This document shows, one piece after another, positions 9,366 through 19,630 of a stretch of DNA of 64,000 nt. The stretch lies in assembly GCA_964547905.1 (NCBI GenBank), contig CAZJPN010000092.1, forward strand, positions 3,911-67,910. Direction: 5' to 3'. A program made the position numbers and the translations under genes. The DNA comes from an uncultured Pseudomonadota bacterium (GTDB taxonomy: Bacteria; JAMCPX01). The stretch's first letter is position 1. Every line of letters starts with the position of its first letter. Below the pieces are notes generated by a model that was given only the letters and a program-made list of their open reading frames with translations, did not search any database and had not been told where the DNA came from.

Positions 9366-10376
9366 ATGGATACGAAAAAGAACCGAGAAATAATTCTGAC
9401 AAGAAGACCCGATGGTATGCCACGGGAAGAAGATTTTAAGCTTATCGAAGCAGAGATGCCCGTGTGCAGGGACGGCATGGTACTTGTCAAGACCTTGTAC
9501 CTTTCTGTTGATCCCTATATGCGTGGCAGGATGAGCGGTGTAAAAACATATATTTCTCCCTTTGAGCTCGACAAGGTCATAACAGGAGGCATTGTCGGAG
9601 AGGTTGTAGAGACTATGTCTCCGGATCTTAAGGCCGGAGATATTGTTACCGGTAACCTTAGCTGGCGCGATTACAATGTAACGGACAGCAGGGAACTCAG
9701 TAAGATCGATCCCAGGATTGCACCCGTATCAACGGCACTTGGCATACTCGGCGTGCCCGGGCTTACCGCATACTTTGGCTTACTTGATATAGGTAAACCA
9801 TCATCAGGAGAAACAGTGGTAGTGTCAGGTGCCGCAGGTGCAGTAGGAACTGCTGTGGGCCAGATTGCAAAAATAAAAGGCTGCAGGGTTGTCGGTATTG
9901 CAGGCTCTGATGTGAAAACCAAATATCTTGTAAATGAGCTTGGATTTGATGTTGCAATAAACTATAAAACCACTCCGGATATAAAAAAAGCGATTAAAGA
10001 TGCCTGCCCAAAGGGAGTTGATATCTATTTCGATAATGTCGGAGGAGAGATTTCGGATGCTGTTATGCCTCTGCTTAATTATAAGGCACGTATTGTGCTG
10101 TGCGGACAGATATCCCGGTACAATATAACTAAGCCGGATGTCGGCCCACGGATTCAAGGATACCTGCTTATAAAGAGTGCCATGATGAAGGGATTCATTG
10201 TCATGGATTATGCAGACAGATACGAAGAAGGCATTGTCCAACTTGCTCAATGGATTTCACAGAAGAAATTAAAATACACAGAGCATGTTATCAATGGACT
10301 CGAAAATGCACCAAAGGCATTTATCGGATTATTCAAAGGTGAAAACCTCGGCAAACAGCTTGTAAAGGTGGGATAG
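9366..10376 (+). CDS. NADP-dependent oxidoreductase (CurA/prostaglandin-reductase-like MDR)
   Basis: YLSVDPYMRGRM, GLTAYFGL, VSGAAGAVG, FDNVGG and GENLGK motifs. Confidence 0.93.
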   Translation: MDTKKNREIILTRRPDGMPREEDFKLIEAEMPVCRDGMVLVKTLYLSVDPYMRGRMSGVKTYISPFELDKVITGGIVGEVVETMSPDLKAGDIVTGNLSWRDYNVTDSRELSKIDPRIAPVSTALGILGVPGLTAYFGLLDIGKPSSGETVVVSGAAGAVGTAVGQIAKIKGCRVVGIAGSDVKTKYLVNELGFDVAINYKTTPDIKKAIKDACPKGVDIYFDNVGGEISDAVMPLLNYKARIVLCGQISRYNITKPDVGPRIQGYLLIKSAMMKGFIVMDYADRYEEGIVQLAQWISQKKLKYTEHVINGLENAPKAFIGLFKGENLGKQLVKVG

Positions 10377-10401
10377 GTTTATTCCCTCAAAGCAATAAGA
10401 G

Positions 10402-10431
10402 GGTAGGGGCTTAAAATTTTAAGCCCCTACC
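10402..10431. repeat. Perfect 30-bp palindrome, GTAG-type REP (may also act as a terminator)
   Basis: ggtaggggcttaaaa|ttttaagcccctacc. Confidence 0.7.
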
Positions 10432-10481
10432 TAACCCAATTTTGGTAACATTCAATACCCACTTTTTTTATCAATAATGGC

Positions 10482-10534
10482 TTGACATTTAATTATATGG
10501 TGGTATGAAGTGGTATAAAGGGGCATAAAAGTGT
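10482..10534 (+). promoter_or_regulatory. dcw promoter with MraZ-binding repeats
   Basis: TTGACA at 10482; GTGG, GTGG, GGGG and GTGT units at 10500, 10510, 10520 and 10531 (about 10-bp period) directly upstream of mraZ. Confidence 0.75.
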
Positions 10535-10545
10535 GACAAAATTGT

Positions 10546-10989
10546 ATGGAGTTTATAGGAAGGTATAGACATAGGATTGATAAAAAGGGCCGTGTAAGTG
10601 TACCGTCGGCATTCAGAAAAATACTGACCGAAGAGTACGACAACAGGGTAATACTGACAAACAATCAGAACTGGCTTGAGGTATATCCATATCAGGTTTT
10701 TAAACTGCGTAAAGAACGAATTAAAGCACTGCCGCCAACTCTGGATGTAGTGGAAGATTATAAACTATTTCACTATGGGGATGCGTTCGAATACGAAATA
10801 GACGGACTCGGAAGACTTTTCATACCTGCATATCTGAGAGAAGAGGCGCACCTCGGGGAAGAGGTTATCATAGCAGGAGGCGACGAGATATTCTCGATAT
10901 GGGATATCACGACCTTTGAACAGGAACATCAGAGAATTAAAAATAACTTCTCGAATATCAAAAAAGGCATTGCTCAATTGGGAGTATAA
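10546..10989 (+). CDS. mraZ: Transcriptional regulator MraZ
   Basis: Two AbrB-like repeats (IDKKGRVSVP, IDGLGRLFIP); first gene of the dcw cluster. Confidence 0.95.
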   Translation: MEFIGRYRHRIDKKGRVSVPSAFRKILTEEYDNRVILTNNQNWLEVYPYQVFKLRKERIKALPPTLDVVEDYKLFHYGDAFEYEIDGLGRLFIPAYLREEAHLGEEVIIAGGDEIFSIWDITTFEQEHQRIKNNFSNIKKGIAQLGV

Positions 10990-11871
10990 ATGCACATACC
11001 TGTAATGTTGAACAAAGTCATTGAATACATGAATCCTAAAGATAAAGGTATATACCTCGATGCAACAGTCGGTGAGGGTGGACATGCAGGGGCTATACTT
11101 GAAGCGTCCGCCCCGGAAGGTTATGTCGTTTGCTCGGATGCGGATGACAACATGTTGAATAAAGCAAAAGATAATCTTGAGGCTTTTAGAACAAGGATAA
11201 AACTTTTGCATGCCAATTATAGGGATATTGAAAATATTGCAAAAGAAACAGGTATCGAAAAATTCGACGGCATTATAGTTGATCTCGGTTTTAATACCGC
11301 CCAGATAAATGATGCTGCACGAGGTTTTAGCTTTTCGAGCGAAGGGCCACTTGATATGCGGTATGATACATCATCCGGTATTACGGCTTATGATGTTGTA
11401 AACAAGTTTGATCAGGAAAGGCTTGCAAGAATTATAAAAGAGTACGGTGAGGAAAGGCAGTATAAAAAAATTGCAAAGGCTATAATTGCTGCAAGGAAAA
11501 AATCCCGCATAAAAAATACTACGGAACTTGCATCTTTGATATCGAAGACCGTCATCGGCCGTCGCGGTATACATCCAGCCACGAAAACTTTTCAGGCTAT
11601 AAGAATTTTTGTAAACGATGAACTGGAAAATTTAAAAACATTTCTTCAAAAGGCAGCGGATTTTCTTGATATCGGCGGTGTGTTGATCATCATCTCATTT
11701 CATTCTCTCGAAGATCGGGTGGTAAAACATGCATTCAGGCAGCTTTCCATTCTTGCAAAACCTGTATTCAAAACACTTACACGTAAACCTGCGATACCCG
11801 ATGAAGAGGAATTACGACACAACTATAGGGCAAGAAGTGCAAGGTTAAGGGCCATAAAGCGAATAGCTTAG
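10990..11871 (+). CDS. rsmH: 16S rRNA m4C1402 methyltransferase
   Basis: HIPVM, DATVGEGGHA, GPLDMR, HPATKTFQAIRI and SFHSLEDR motifs. Confidence 0.97.
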   Translation: MHIPVMLNKVIEYMNPKDKGIYLDATVGEGGHAGAILEASAPEGYVVCSDADDNMLNKAKDNLEAFRTRIKLLHANYRDIENIAKETGIEKFDGIIVDLGFNTAQINDAARGFSFSSEGPLDMRYDTSSGITAYDVVNKFDQERLARIIKEYGEERQYKKIAKAIIAARKKSRIKNTTELASLISKTVIGRRGIHPATKTFQAIRIFVNDELENLKTFLQKAADFLDIGGVLIIISFHSLEDRVVKHAFRQLSILAKPVFKTLTRKPAIPDEEELRHNYRARSARLRAIKRIA

Positions 11872-11884
11872 GAGGCAATATTAG

Positions 11885-12205
11885 ATGAAAGCTTATGTGG
11901 ATAACAGGGCAATGGATTATCAGACAGTACCGGCAATAAGTATATCTCCATTCAAAATACTCTTAACGCTCGCGGTGATCCTTTTCTTTATACTGATCTT
12001 GATATGGAGCCGGATCAACTTTATAGCGGCAAGTTACAGGATGTCCAACCTGACTTTACAAACACAAAAATTAAACCAGCAGATCGATCAATACGACCTT
12101 GAAATAGCCACACTGAAAAGCAGAAACAGGATTGAAAATATAGCGAGGACGAGGTTGAACATGGGCTATCCCGACAGCAGACAATTAATTTCAATAGACA
12201 GGTAG
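11885..12205 (+). CDS. ftsL: Cell division protein FtsL
   Basis: Single TM helix plus coiled coil and RIENIARTRLNM; lies between rsmH and ftsI. Confidence 0.88.
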   Translation: MKAYVDNRAMDYQTVPAISISPFKILLTLAVILFFILILIWSRINFIAASYRMSNLTLQTQKLNQQIDQYDLEIATLKSRNRIENIARTRLNMGYPDSRQLISIDR

Positions 12206-12206
12206 G

Positions 12207-14276
12207 ATGGACTCGGTAAAGCGTATAAATGAACAACATCTTGTAAGACTATTCATAATATATCTGTGTGTAATAGCAGGTTTTGCACTGGTGCTGTCGA
12301 AGGCATTTTATCTTGACGTAGTAAAAGGAAGAAGATACGCAGAGCTTGCAAGAAGACAGTATTCAAGAGAGGTCACACTTCTTCCGGCAAGAGGGTTGAT
12401 CATGGACAGGGACGGCAGGATACTTGCACAGAGCGTATTGGTTGATTCATTTTATGCGGATCCTTCAAAAATCAAAAACAAAAGCAGAACGGCGATCATT
12501 ACAGGGAGCGTACTGAAGCTTAACCCTGATACCGTTTTAAAAAAATTAGAATCGGATAGGCAGTTTGTATGGATAAAAAGACTGGTAGATCCGGATACAG
12601 CAAGAAAACTCATGCAGTATCATTTAAAAGGTGTATACTCTTTGAAAGAGTACAGAAGATTCTATCCGGATCTTAAACTTGCAAGCAGTGTACTGGGGTT
12701 TGTAGGCGTAGATTCAAACGGGCTTTCGGGCATAGAGCTGTCTATGAACAGGTATTTAAGCGGCATCCCGTTCTCGGCGGTCATAGACGTGGACGGACGC
12801 AACAGCCCCATTTATACGGGTAACTTGCTCAACGATGCTTCACCGAGTGGAGACAGCGTTGTTACAACAATAGATCTCAATATCCAATTTATACTACAGG
12901 AAGCTTTAAAGCAAGCCGTGTCGGAGCAGGAGGCAAAAAAAGGTATAGGTATAATCATGAATCCTGAAACGGGCGAGGTACTTGCTATGGCGAACATACC
13001 AGACTTCAACCCAAACGTATACATGGATTATCCAATGTTTGCGTTCAAGGACACGGCAGTGGAAAACACCTATGAGCCAGGCTCTATATTCAAGCCATTT
13101 GTAATTTCATCTGCCCTTGATGCGGGTGTGATATCGCCGGATCAAAAGATATTCTGCGAGGATGGCCAATACAAGGTTTACAACATTGTTATAAGGGACG
13201 CAGAAGGCGATTTTAACATGCTCAGCATTGGAGATATACTCAAATACAGCAGTAACATAGGTGCCGCAAAAATAGGGGAAAAATTGGGTAGCACTACACT
13301 GTACGATTACCTAAGACGTTTTGGTTTTGGCAGCCAGACCGGTATAGAATTGCCTGGAGAATCACCAGGCATATTGAATCCCGTTGCCAAATGGTCGGGT
13401 GTTTCAATCGATACAATACCGTTTGGCCAGGGTGTATCCACAACCCCCATTCAACTTGTTACCGCAATGTCGGCCATAGCCAATGGAGGTTTGCTCGTTG
13501 CTCCTCAGATCATAAAAGAGATAAGAAAACCCGATGGGCGGATTGAAACATTTCAACCCGTTATCAGAAGAAGGGTTATATCCGAGCATACAGCACAGAT
13601 CATGACGGATATGATGATAGGCGTTGTTAATGACGGAGGTACCGGAGTCAAAGCCGAGATGAAAGGTTATACCGTGGCAGGGAAAACAGGAACAGCACAG
13701 ATCCCTGATCCTTCGACAGGGGCTTATTATAAAAATAGATTCGTAGCATCCTTTCTCGGATTTGTGCCTGCACACAATCCAAAGATAGTTATGCTTATCA
13801 TGTTTGTTGATCCTCAGAAAAATATTTACGGAGGATCAATCGCTGCCCCGGTTTTTAAAGAGGTAGCGGAAAAGGTGCTGCCGTATCTCGGCGTTCCTTC
13901 GAAATTGAATATAATGGCAATGCCTTCGGATGAGCCTTCCTCTATGGATATCGAACAGGCACAGTTCAGCGGCATAACACAAACGGGTTTTATTCCGGAT
14001 TTCAAGGGTGAAACAATGAGAGTCGTATTAAAGCAGGCACGGCAGGCAGGCATAAAAGATCTTGTTCTGAAAGGTTCGGGCTATGCAGCGGATCAGAGTC
14101 CCCAACCATATACACCTTACTCCAGGGGACCGGTTAAGGTATTGTTTTCCATAAAAACAGGCGTACAAAGCGATCGCTTTTTGCAATCAAACAAACCTTA
14201 TGCTTCCCCTATAAAAAAGACTGTGTACGAAGGTAAACATGGTAGCTCCCATCACATAGGGACAATAAAGGGTTGA
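12207..14276 (+). CDS. ftsI: Division transpeptidase PBP3 with C-terminal PASTA domain
   Basis: RGLIMDRDG, EPGSIFK (SxxK), SSNIG and GKTGTAQ motifs; PASTA-like IPDFKG. Confidence 0.95.
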   Translation: MDSVKRINEQHLVRLFIIYLCVIAGFALVLSKAFYLDVVKGRRYAELARRQYSREVTLLPARGLIMDRDGRILAQSVLVDSFYADPSKIKNKSRTAIITGSVLKLNPDTVLKKLESDRQFVWIKRLVDPDTARKLMQYHLKGVYSLKEYRRFYPDLKLASSVLGFVGVDSNGLSGIELSMNRYLSGIPFSAVIDVDGRNSPIYTGNLLNDASPSGDSVVTTIDLNIQFILQEALKQAVSEQEAKKGIGIIMNPETGEVLAMANIPDFNPNVYMDYPMFAFKDTAVENTYEPGSIFKPFVISSALDAGVISPDQKIFCEDGQYKVYNIVIRDAEGDFNMLSIGDILKYSSNIGAAKIGEKLGSTTLYDYLRRFGFGSQTGIELPGESPGILNPVAKWSGVSIDTIPFGQGVSTTPIQLVTAMSAIANGGLLVAPQIIKEIRKPDGRIETFQPVIRRRVISEHTAQIMTDMMIGVVNDGGTGVKAEMKGYTVAGKTGTAQIPDPSTGAYYKNRFVASFLGFVPAHNPKIVMLIMFVDPQKNIYGGSIAAPVFKEVAEKVLPYLGVPSKLNIMAMPSDEPSSMDIEQAQFSGITQTGFIPDFKGETMRVVLKQARQAGIKDLVLKGSGYAADQSPQPYTPYSRGPVKVLFSIKTGVQSDRFLQSNKPYASPIKKTVYEGKHGSSHHIGTIKG

Positions 14277-15790
14277 AAATGGATTTAAAAAAACTTTTAA
14301 AAAGTATATATTTTTTATCACTTCATGGAGATGCTGTCGGAGATATTAAAGGCATTGCGTATGATTCAAGGAAGGTACAAAGCGATTATTTGTTTGTTGC
14401 AATACCCGGGGAAAAAGAAGACGGTATAAAGTACGAAAACGAAGCTGTCAATAATGGGGCAGTTGCAATTGTTGCAAAAGCATACAATCCTTCAATAAAA
14501 GGAGTTTTGCAGATCATCGTGGAAGATCCTCGCATAGCACTGTCATTGTTATCGAGGGAATTTTACAATAATCCGGGTACAAGGCTGTTCGTTGTTGGAA
14601 TAACCGGCACAAACGGTAAAACAACAACCGCATATCTTTTAGAATCCATACTCAATTCGGCACAAAAATGTCCCATAGTAATAGGCACGATAAATTACAG
14701 ATTTATGAATAAGAAAGTAAAGGCTGTCAATACAACACCCGAATCTCTGGACATCAATATGATGATGAGTGATTATCTATTGGAGGGAGCGACCGATGTA
14801 ATCATGGAAGTATCCTCACATGCAATCTCACAGGGCAGAGTGAACGGTATCGACTTTGACGTGGCGATCTTTACAAATCTTACACAGGACCATCTTGATT
14901 ATCACAAAACTATGGAGAACTACTTTTTCGTAAAATCAATGTTGTTCGAGAAATTACTTGTTGCGAGCCGCAAGAGCAAAAAATTTGCCATATTGAACAG
15001 TGATGATCCGTGGGTAAGCAAGTTAAAGATAAAAAGGGGCATACATATCCTGAGATTTGGGAATTCAAAGCAGGCTGATATAAAGCTTATAGAATCCAGG
15101 ACATCACTCGACGGCATAACCATGAAACTTTCAACCCCTATAGGTATAATAGATCTGGAGTCCCCTCTTGTTGGTTACTACAATATTTATAATATAATGG
15201 CCGCGGTTGCCACTGCTATTGTTTCAAACATATCAATCGATCATATAAAGCATGGTATTGCATCCATGCACAATGTGCCTGGAAGGGTAGAAAGAATTGT
15301 AAATCCTAAGGATGTTTATGTGTTTGTGGATTATGCACATAGTCCTGATGCACTGGGAAAGGTTCTGACAGCATTAAACGAGTTGAAAAAGAAAAGAGTT
15401 ATATGTGTGTTCGGATGCGGTGGAGACAGAGATAAAGGGAAAAGGCCGATCATGGGTGAGATCGCCACAAGGCTTTCCGATATAACTATTATAACATCCG
15501 ATAACCCGCGCTCCGAACAACCGGAAACGATTATATCGGACATAGAAAGAGGCATAAAGAATGCACCGAAGGTCGAATCAATAGATTCAGGCAGCCGTTA
15601 CGATTCAAAGGTTTATATCGTTATTCCGGACAGGAAACAGGCCATCAGAAGGGCACTGGAGATATCGAATGAAGGTGATGTTCTGCTTATAGCCGGAAAG
15701 GGGCATGAAGACTATCAGATATTTAAAGATAAGACTATTCACTTTAGCGATAGAGAAAACGTACATGATTATTTTGGAATGCAAAATTGA
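14273..15790 (+). CDS. murE: UDP-MurNAc-Ala-Glu--meso-DAP ligase
   Basis: GTNGKTT, MEVSSH, DYAHSPD, DNPR (DAP-specific) and GKGHE motifs. Confidence 0.96.
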   Translation: MKMDLKKLLKSIYFLSLHGDAVGDIKGIAYDSRKVQSDYLFVAIPGEKEDGIKYENEAVNNGAVAIVAKAYNPSIKGVLQIIVEDPRIALSLLSREFYNNPGTRLFVVGITGTNGKTTTAYLLESILNSAQKCPIVIGTINYRFMNKKVKAVNTTPESLDINMMMSDYLLEGATDVIMEVSSHAISQGRVNGIDFDVAIFTNLTQDHLDYHKTMENYFFVKSMLFEKLLVASRKSKKFAILNSDDPWVSKLKIKRGIHILRFGNSKQADIKLIESRTSLDGITMKLSTPIGIIDLESPLVGYYNIYNIMAAVATAIVSNISIDHIKHGIASMHNVPGRVERIVNPKDVYVFVDYAHSPDALGKVLTALNELKKKRVICVFGCGGDRDKGKRPIMGEIATRLSDITIITSDNPRSEQPETIISDIERGIKNAPKVESIDSGSRYDSKVYIVIPDRKQAIRRALEISNEGDVLLIAGKGHEDYQIFKDKTIHFSDRENVHDYFGMQN

Positions 15791-17193
15791 AAATAGATAT
15801 GCATGATATACAGAAGTTAAAAAATATAAAAGTATTCAATGCCGGCACAAACTGGTGTGCTTATGGTGTATCTACGGATACAAGGAAGCCCATAAACGGC
15901 ATGTTGTTCTTTGCGATTAAAGGAGAGCGCTATGATGGCCATACCTTTGTTAATGATGCAATTCAACAGGGAACTGCCGGTGTTGTTATAAATAAAAGTC
16001 ACGAGTATCTGATGGATGGATTAGAGAACAAGACGGTTGTTCTTTTAGTAAATAATACGATTGAATCTCTTGGAGAGTTGGCGCATATTATAAGGGAAAG
16101 GTACAAGCCAACGGTCATAACAATAACGGGTAGCAACGGTAAGACAACCACAAAGGAAATGCTGTATGAGCTTTTATCGAGTTCATATAATACCGGAAGG
16201 ACTCAGGGTAATCTTAACAATCTTATAGGTTTGCCTTTGTCTATACTCAACATGGAACAGGATGCCCGGATATGGGTGCTTGAACTTGGGACGAGCAGGT
16301 ATGGAGAACTGGCAAGCCTCGCTGAAATAGCTTCCCCGGATATAGGCGTACTGACGAACATAGGCAGGGCACACCTTGAGTTTTTTAAAGATCTTGAAGG
16401 AGTTGCAAAGGCCAAATCGGAGATGTTTTCAGTCATGACGACGGATGGAACTGCCGTGATGAATGCGGACGATCCCTTTGTAATGAGTATAGCCGATCAT
16501 TTCAAGGGCATGGTCCTCACAGCTGGTTTTGCATCGGATGCACAGTTGCGTATACTTTCTTACAATCTTACAGACAAGGGCATGGATTTCAAAATTACGT
16601 GCGAAGGTAAAGAACACAGCTTGAGCATGCGGATATCAGGCAAACACTATTTATACGATATGGCCCTTTCAATACTATGTGCCAGACACTTGAACGTAGA
16701 ATGGGATAACATAAGGGCAGCGTGTGAACGGTTTACGGTGTTCAAAGGAAGAGGCAATAGAATGTCGTATAAAAATGACATAACCGTTATTGATGACACG
16801 TACAATGCCAATCCGGATTCGATGCGCAGCGGATTCCTGTCGGCTATAGAAAGGTACGGGGCAGAAAGAATCGTAGCTGTTATAGGAGACATGCTCGAGC
16901 TTGGAGAGCAGACAGCCCAGCAGCATTTTTCTTTGGGGGAGTTTCTCGCTGAAAAGGGCATAAGCAAATTTATACTGATAGGCAGGTTCTCCGACAATAC
17001 GTTCGAAGGCATACGCTCATCCGGGAAAAAACAGGTTTATGCAAAACAAGCCGGTGATATACAGTCCGCTGTCCAGCAACTTGTAGGTCTATCGAAAAAC
17101 AACGTTGTGATTTACATCAAAGGCTCCAGGAGTATGAAACTGGAACAGATAATATCGGGGTATGATAATATTATGAGGAACAGAGATGCTTGA
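15787..17193 (+). CDS. murF: UDP-MurNAc-tripeptide--D-Ala-D-Ala ligase
   Basis: GSNGKTTTKE, DTYNANPDS, GDMLELG and KGSR motifs. Confidence 0.95.
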   Translation: MKIDMHDIQKLKNIKVFNAGTNWCAYGVSTDTRKPINGMLFFAIKGERYDGHTFVNDAIQQGTAGVVINKSHEYLMDGLENKTVVLLVNNTIESLGELAHIIRERYKPTVITITGSNGKTTTKEMLYELLSSSYNTGRTQGNLNNLIGLPLSILNMEQDARIWVLELGTSRYGELASLAEIASPDIGVLTNIGRAHLEFFKDLEGVAKAKSEMFSVMTTDGTAVMNADDPFVMSIADHFKGMVLTAGFASDAQLRILSYNLTDKGMDFKITCEGKEHSLSMRISGKHYLYDMALSILCARHLNVEWDNIRAACERFTVFKGRGNRMSYKNDITVIDDTYNANPDSMRSGFLSAIERYGAERIVAVIGDMLELGEQTAQQHFSLGEFLAEKGISKFILIGRFSDNTFEGIRSSGKKQVYAKQAGDIQSAVQQLVGLSKNNVVIYIKGSRSMKLEQIISGYDNIMRNRDA

Positions 17194-18262
17194 ATATTTT
17201 TTATATCCACTGGCAAAGCAGTTTATAATATTTCATGTTTTAAAGTATATAACATTCAGGACATTGAGTGCGATGATCACAGCATTGATCATAAGCATGA
17301 TATTCGGCAACCCCTTTATAAAATTAATGACGAGAATAGGCATGGGACAGGTCGTACGATCCGACGGCCCCCAAAACCACATCAGCAAGAAAGGAACACC
17401 GACAATGGGCGGGCTTCTCATGATAGTATCCATTATTATTTCGACCATACTGTGGATGGATATTGCCAATGTGTATGTATGGGTACTCATGTTCGCCCTG
17501 CTGGGTTTTGGAGCTATCGGCTTTATAGATGATTACAAAAAACTTAAAAATAGAAATTCAAAAGGGTTGAGAGGAAGCTATAAATTAGTTCTTGAAACAA
17601 TACTTACCATTGTGATTATATATTTGCTTTTGAGGTTTGATGACATCAACTATACATTGACGTTTCCATTCTTCAAAAGATTTGTCGTTAATTTGGGCTG
17701 GCTGTACTTTCTGTTTTTCCTGTTTATTGTCATAGGAACCTCGAACGCGGTTAATCTTACGGATGGGCAGGATGGACTTGCAATTGTCCCGGTTATGACC
17801 TGCTTCGGCGTGTATGCTGTGTTCGCTTATGTGCTGGGCAACGTAAAGTTCTCCGAATACCTGATGTTTGCCCCTATTTCTGGAACAGGAGAAATAGCAA
17901 CATTTGCAGGGGCTGTTATCGGCGCTGCAATGGGATTTTTATGGTTCAACACATATCCTGCCGAGATATTTATGGGTGATGTGGGTTCTCTCGGGCTCGG
18001 AGGCGTGCTTGGTGTTGTGGCTATCATACTAAAGCAGGAGATGCTGCTTGCTATCATCGGTGGCGTTTTCGTGATTGAAGCCCTTTCCGTGATAACTCAG
18101 GTGAGTTCGTTCAAATTGATCGGCAGGCGTGTATTTGCAATGGCACCGATACACCACCATTTTGAATTGAAGGGATGGGTTGAACCGAAAATAACCGTAA
18201 GGTTCTGGATCATATCCATTTTGCTCGCGTTGCTTGGGCTGGCAACGCTTAAATTGAGGTGA
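17186..18262 (+). CDS. mraY: Phospho-N-acetylmuramoyl-pentapeptide transferase
   Basis: KKGTPTMGG, NAVNLTDGQDGLA, FMGDVGS and APIHHHFE motifs. Confidence 0.97.
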   Translation: MLEYFLYPLAKQFIIFHVLKYITFRTLSAMITALIISMIFGNPFIKLMTRIGMGQVVRSDGPQNHISKKGTPTMGGLLMIVSIIISTILWMDIANVYVWVLMFALLGFGAIGFIDDYKKLKNRNSKGLRGSYKLVLETILTIVIIYLLLRFDDINYTLTFPFFKRFVVNLGWLYFLFFLFIVIGTSNAVNLTDGQDGLAIVPVMTCFGVYAVFAYVLGNVKFSEYLMFAPISGTGEIATFAGAVIGAAMGFLWFNTYPAEIFMGDVGSLGLGGVLGVVAIILKQEMLLAIIGGVFVIEALSVITQVSSFKLIGRRVFAMAPIHHHFELKGWVEPKITVRFWIISILLALLGLATLKLR

Positions 18263-18265
18263 TGG

Positions 18266-19630
18266 ATGGAATTAAAAGGTAAAAAGATAGCGGTTATAGG
18301 CATGGGCAATACAGGCCTTGCCACTGCCAGCTTTATCTTGAAGAAACAAGGCAAGGTGACATGCTACGACCAAAAACCGGTTTCTGAAATAAGAGGCATC
18401 AACGGTATAAAATCCGATATAACCATTATTGACAGCTGGAACGGTAGTGCATTGGATGACTATGAGCTTGTTATCGTCAGTCCGGGTGTTCCTATGGCAT
18501 TGAGAGGCATACAATCGGTAAAGGGTAAAGGCGCGGAGGTAATAAGCGAGATCGAGTTTGCATCCAGATTCACCGACAAAAGAATCATAGGCATTACCGG
18601 TACCAATGGTAAAACTACCACCGTCACCCTGCTCGGCCAGATACTTAACAATGCAGGCAAAAAGGCCGGAGTAGGCGGTAATATCGGCATGCCGTTTATT
18701 CAGCTTGTTGAGCATGACAGCGAATACGGAATGTATCTGCTTGAGCTGTCAAGCTACCAGCTCGAGGGTATTGTCAGCTTCAAGCCATGGATAGCAGGAT
18801 TACTCAATATCACGGACGATCACCTCGACAGATATAAAGACATAAATGACTACGCAGATGCGAAATTCAGGATATTCATGAATCAATCCATAGATGATTA
18901 TGCGGTTATAAATGCAGAAGACAAATATACGGTAAAAGGTAAGAGAAATATAAAATCAAGGCCCTACTGTTTTACCACGAGCAAAAGGACAAGAAGGGGT
19001 GCTTATCATAAAAATGGAGAGATAATCTATGTCGATGGATCCGGATACGAAACTACATTTAAACTGAATAATTCCGCTCTCATCGGTATGCATAATGTTC
19101 AGAATACAATGGCATGCATTATTGTATCGAAACTTCTTGATATACCGGATAGCACTATACGGGAAACAATAAACAGTTTCAAAGGGCTTCCCCATAGGAT
19201 TCAGTTCCTGGCGGATGTCAACGGCATAAAATACTATGACGATTCAAAGGCCACAAATGTCGACGCAGTGGTTGTTGCGTTGAAAACCATCTCTTCTCCG
19301 GTGATACTTATCATGGGAGGAAGAGATAAGGAAGGCGACTACAGTCCGCTGTCACCACTTGTAAAGGAAAAGGTAAAGCTGCTTGTCGTCATGGGTGAAG
19401 CGAAAGAACGCATCGCAAAAGCATTTCGGGATATTGTCAAAATAGTGCCTGTTGATTCCATGGAATCTGCCGTGGAAGCGGCTGTTCATTATGCCGAACG
19501 CGGCGACACTGTACTTCTATCGCCTGCCTGTTCAAGCTTTGATATGTTCCTTGATTACAAACAAAGGGGAGAGATGTTTAAATCAGCGGTTATGAATATA
19601 AACAGGAGCACTGCACATGAAGGACTATGA
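18266..19630 (+). CDS. murD: UDP-MurNAc-Ala--D-Glu ligase
   Basis: SPGVP, GTNGKTT, ELSSYQL, DDSKATN and LLSPACSSFD motifs. Confidence 0.96.
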   Translation: MELKGKKIAVIGMGNTGLATASFILKKQGKVTCYDQKPVSEIRGINGIKSDITIIDSWNGSALDDYELVIVSPGVPMALRGIQSVKGKGAEVISEIEFASRFTDKRIIGITGTNGKTTTVTLLGQILNNAGKKAGVGGNIGMPFIQLVEHDSEYGMYLLELSSYQLEGIVSFKPWIAGLLNITDDHLDRYKDINDYADAKFRIFMNQSIDDYAVINAEDKYTVKGKRNIKSRPYCFTTSKRTRRGAYHKNGEIIYVDGSGYETTFKLNNSALIGMHNVQNTMACIIVSKLLDIPDSTIRETINSFKGLPHRIQFLADVNGIKYYDDSKATNVDAVVVALKTISSPVILIMGGRDKEGDYSPLSPLVKEKVKLLVVMGEAKERIAKAFRDIVKIVPVDSMESAVEAAVHYAERGDTVLLSPACSSFDMFLDYKQRGEMFKSAVMNINRSTAHEGL

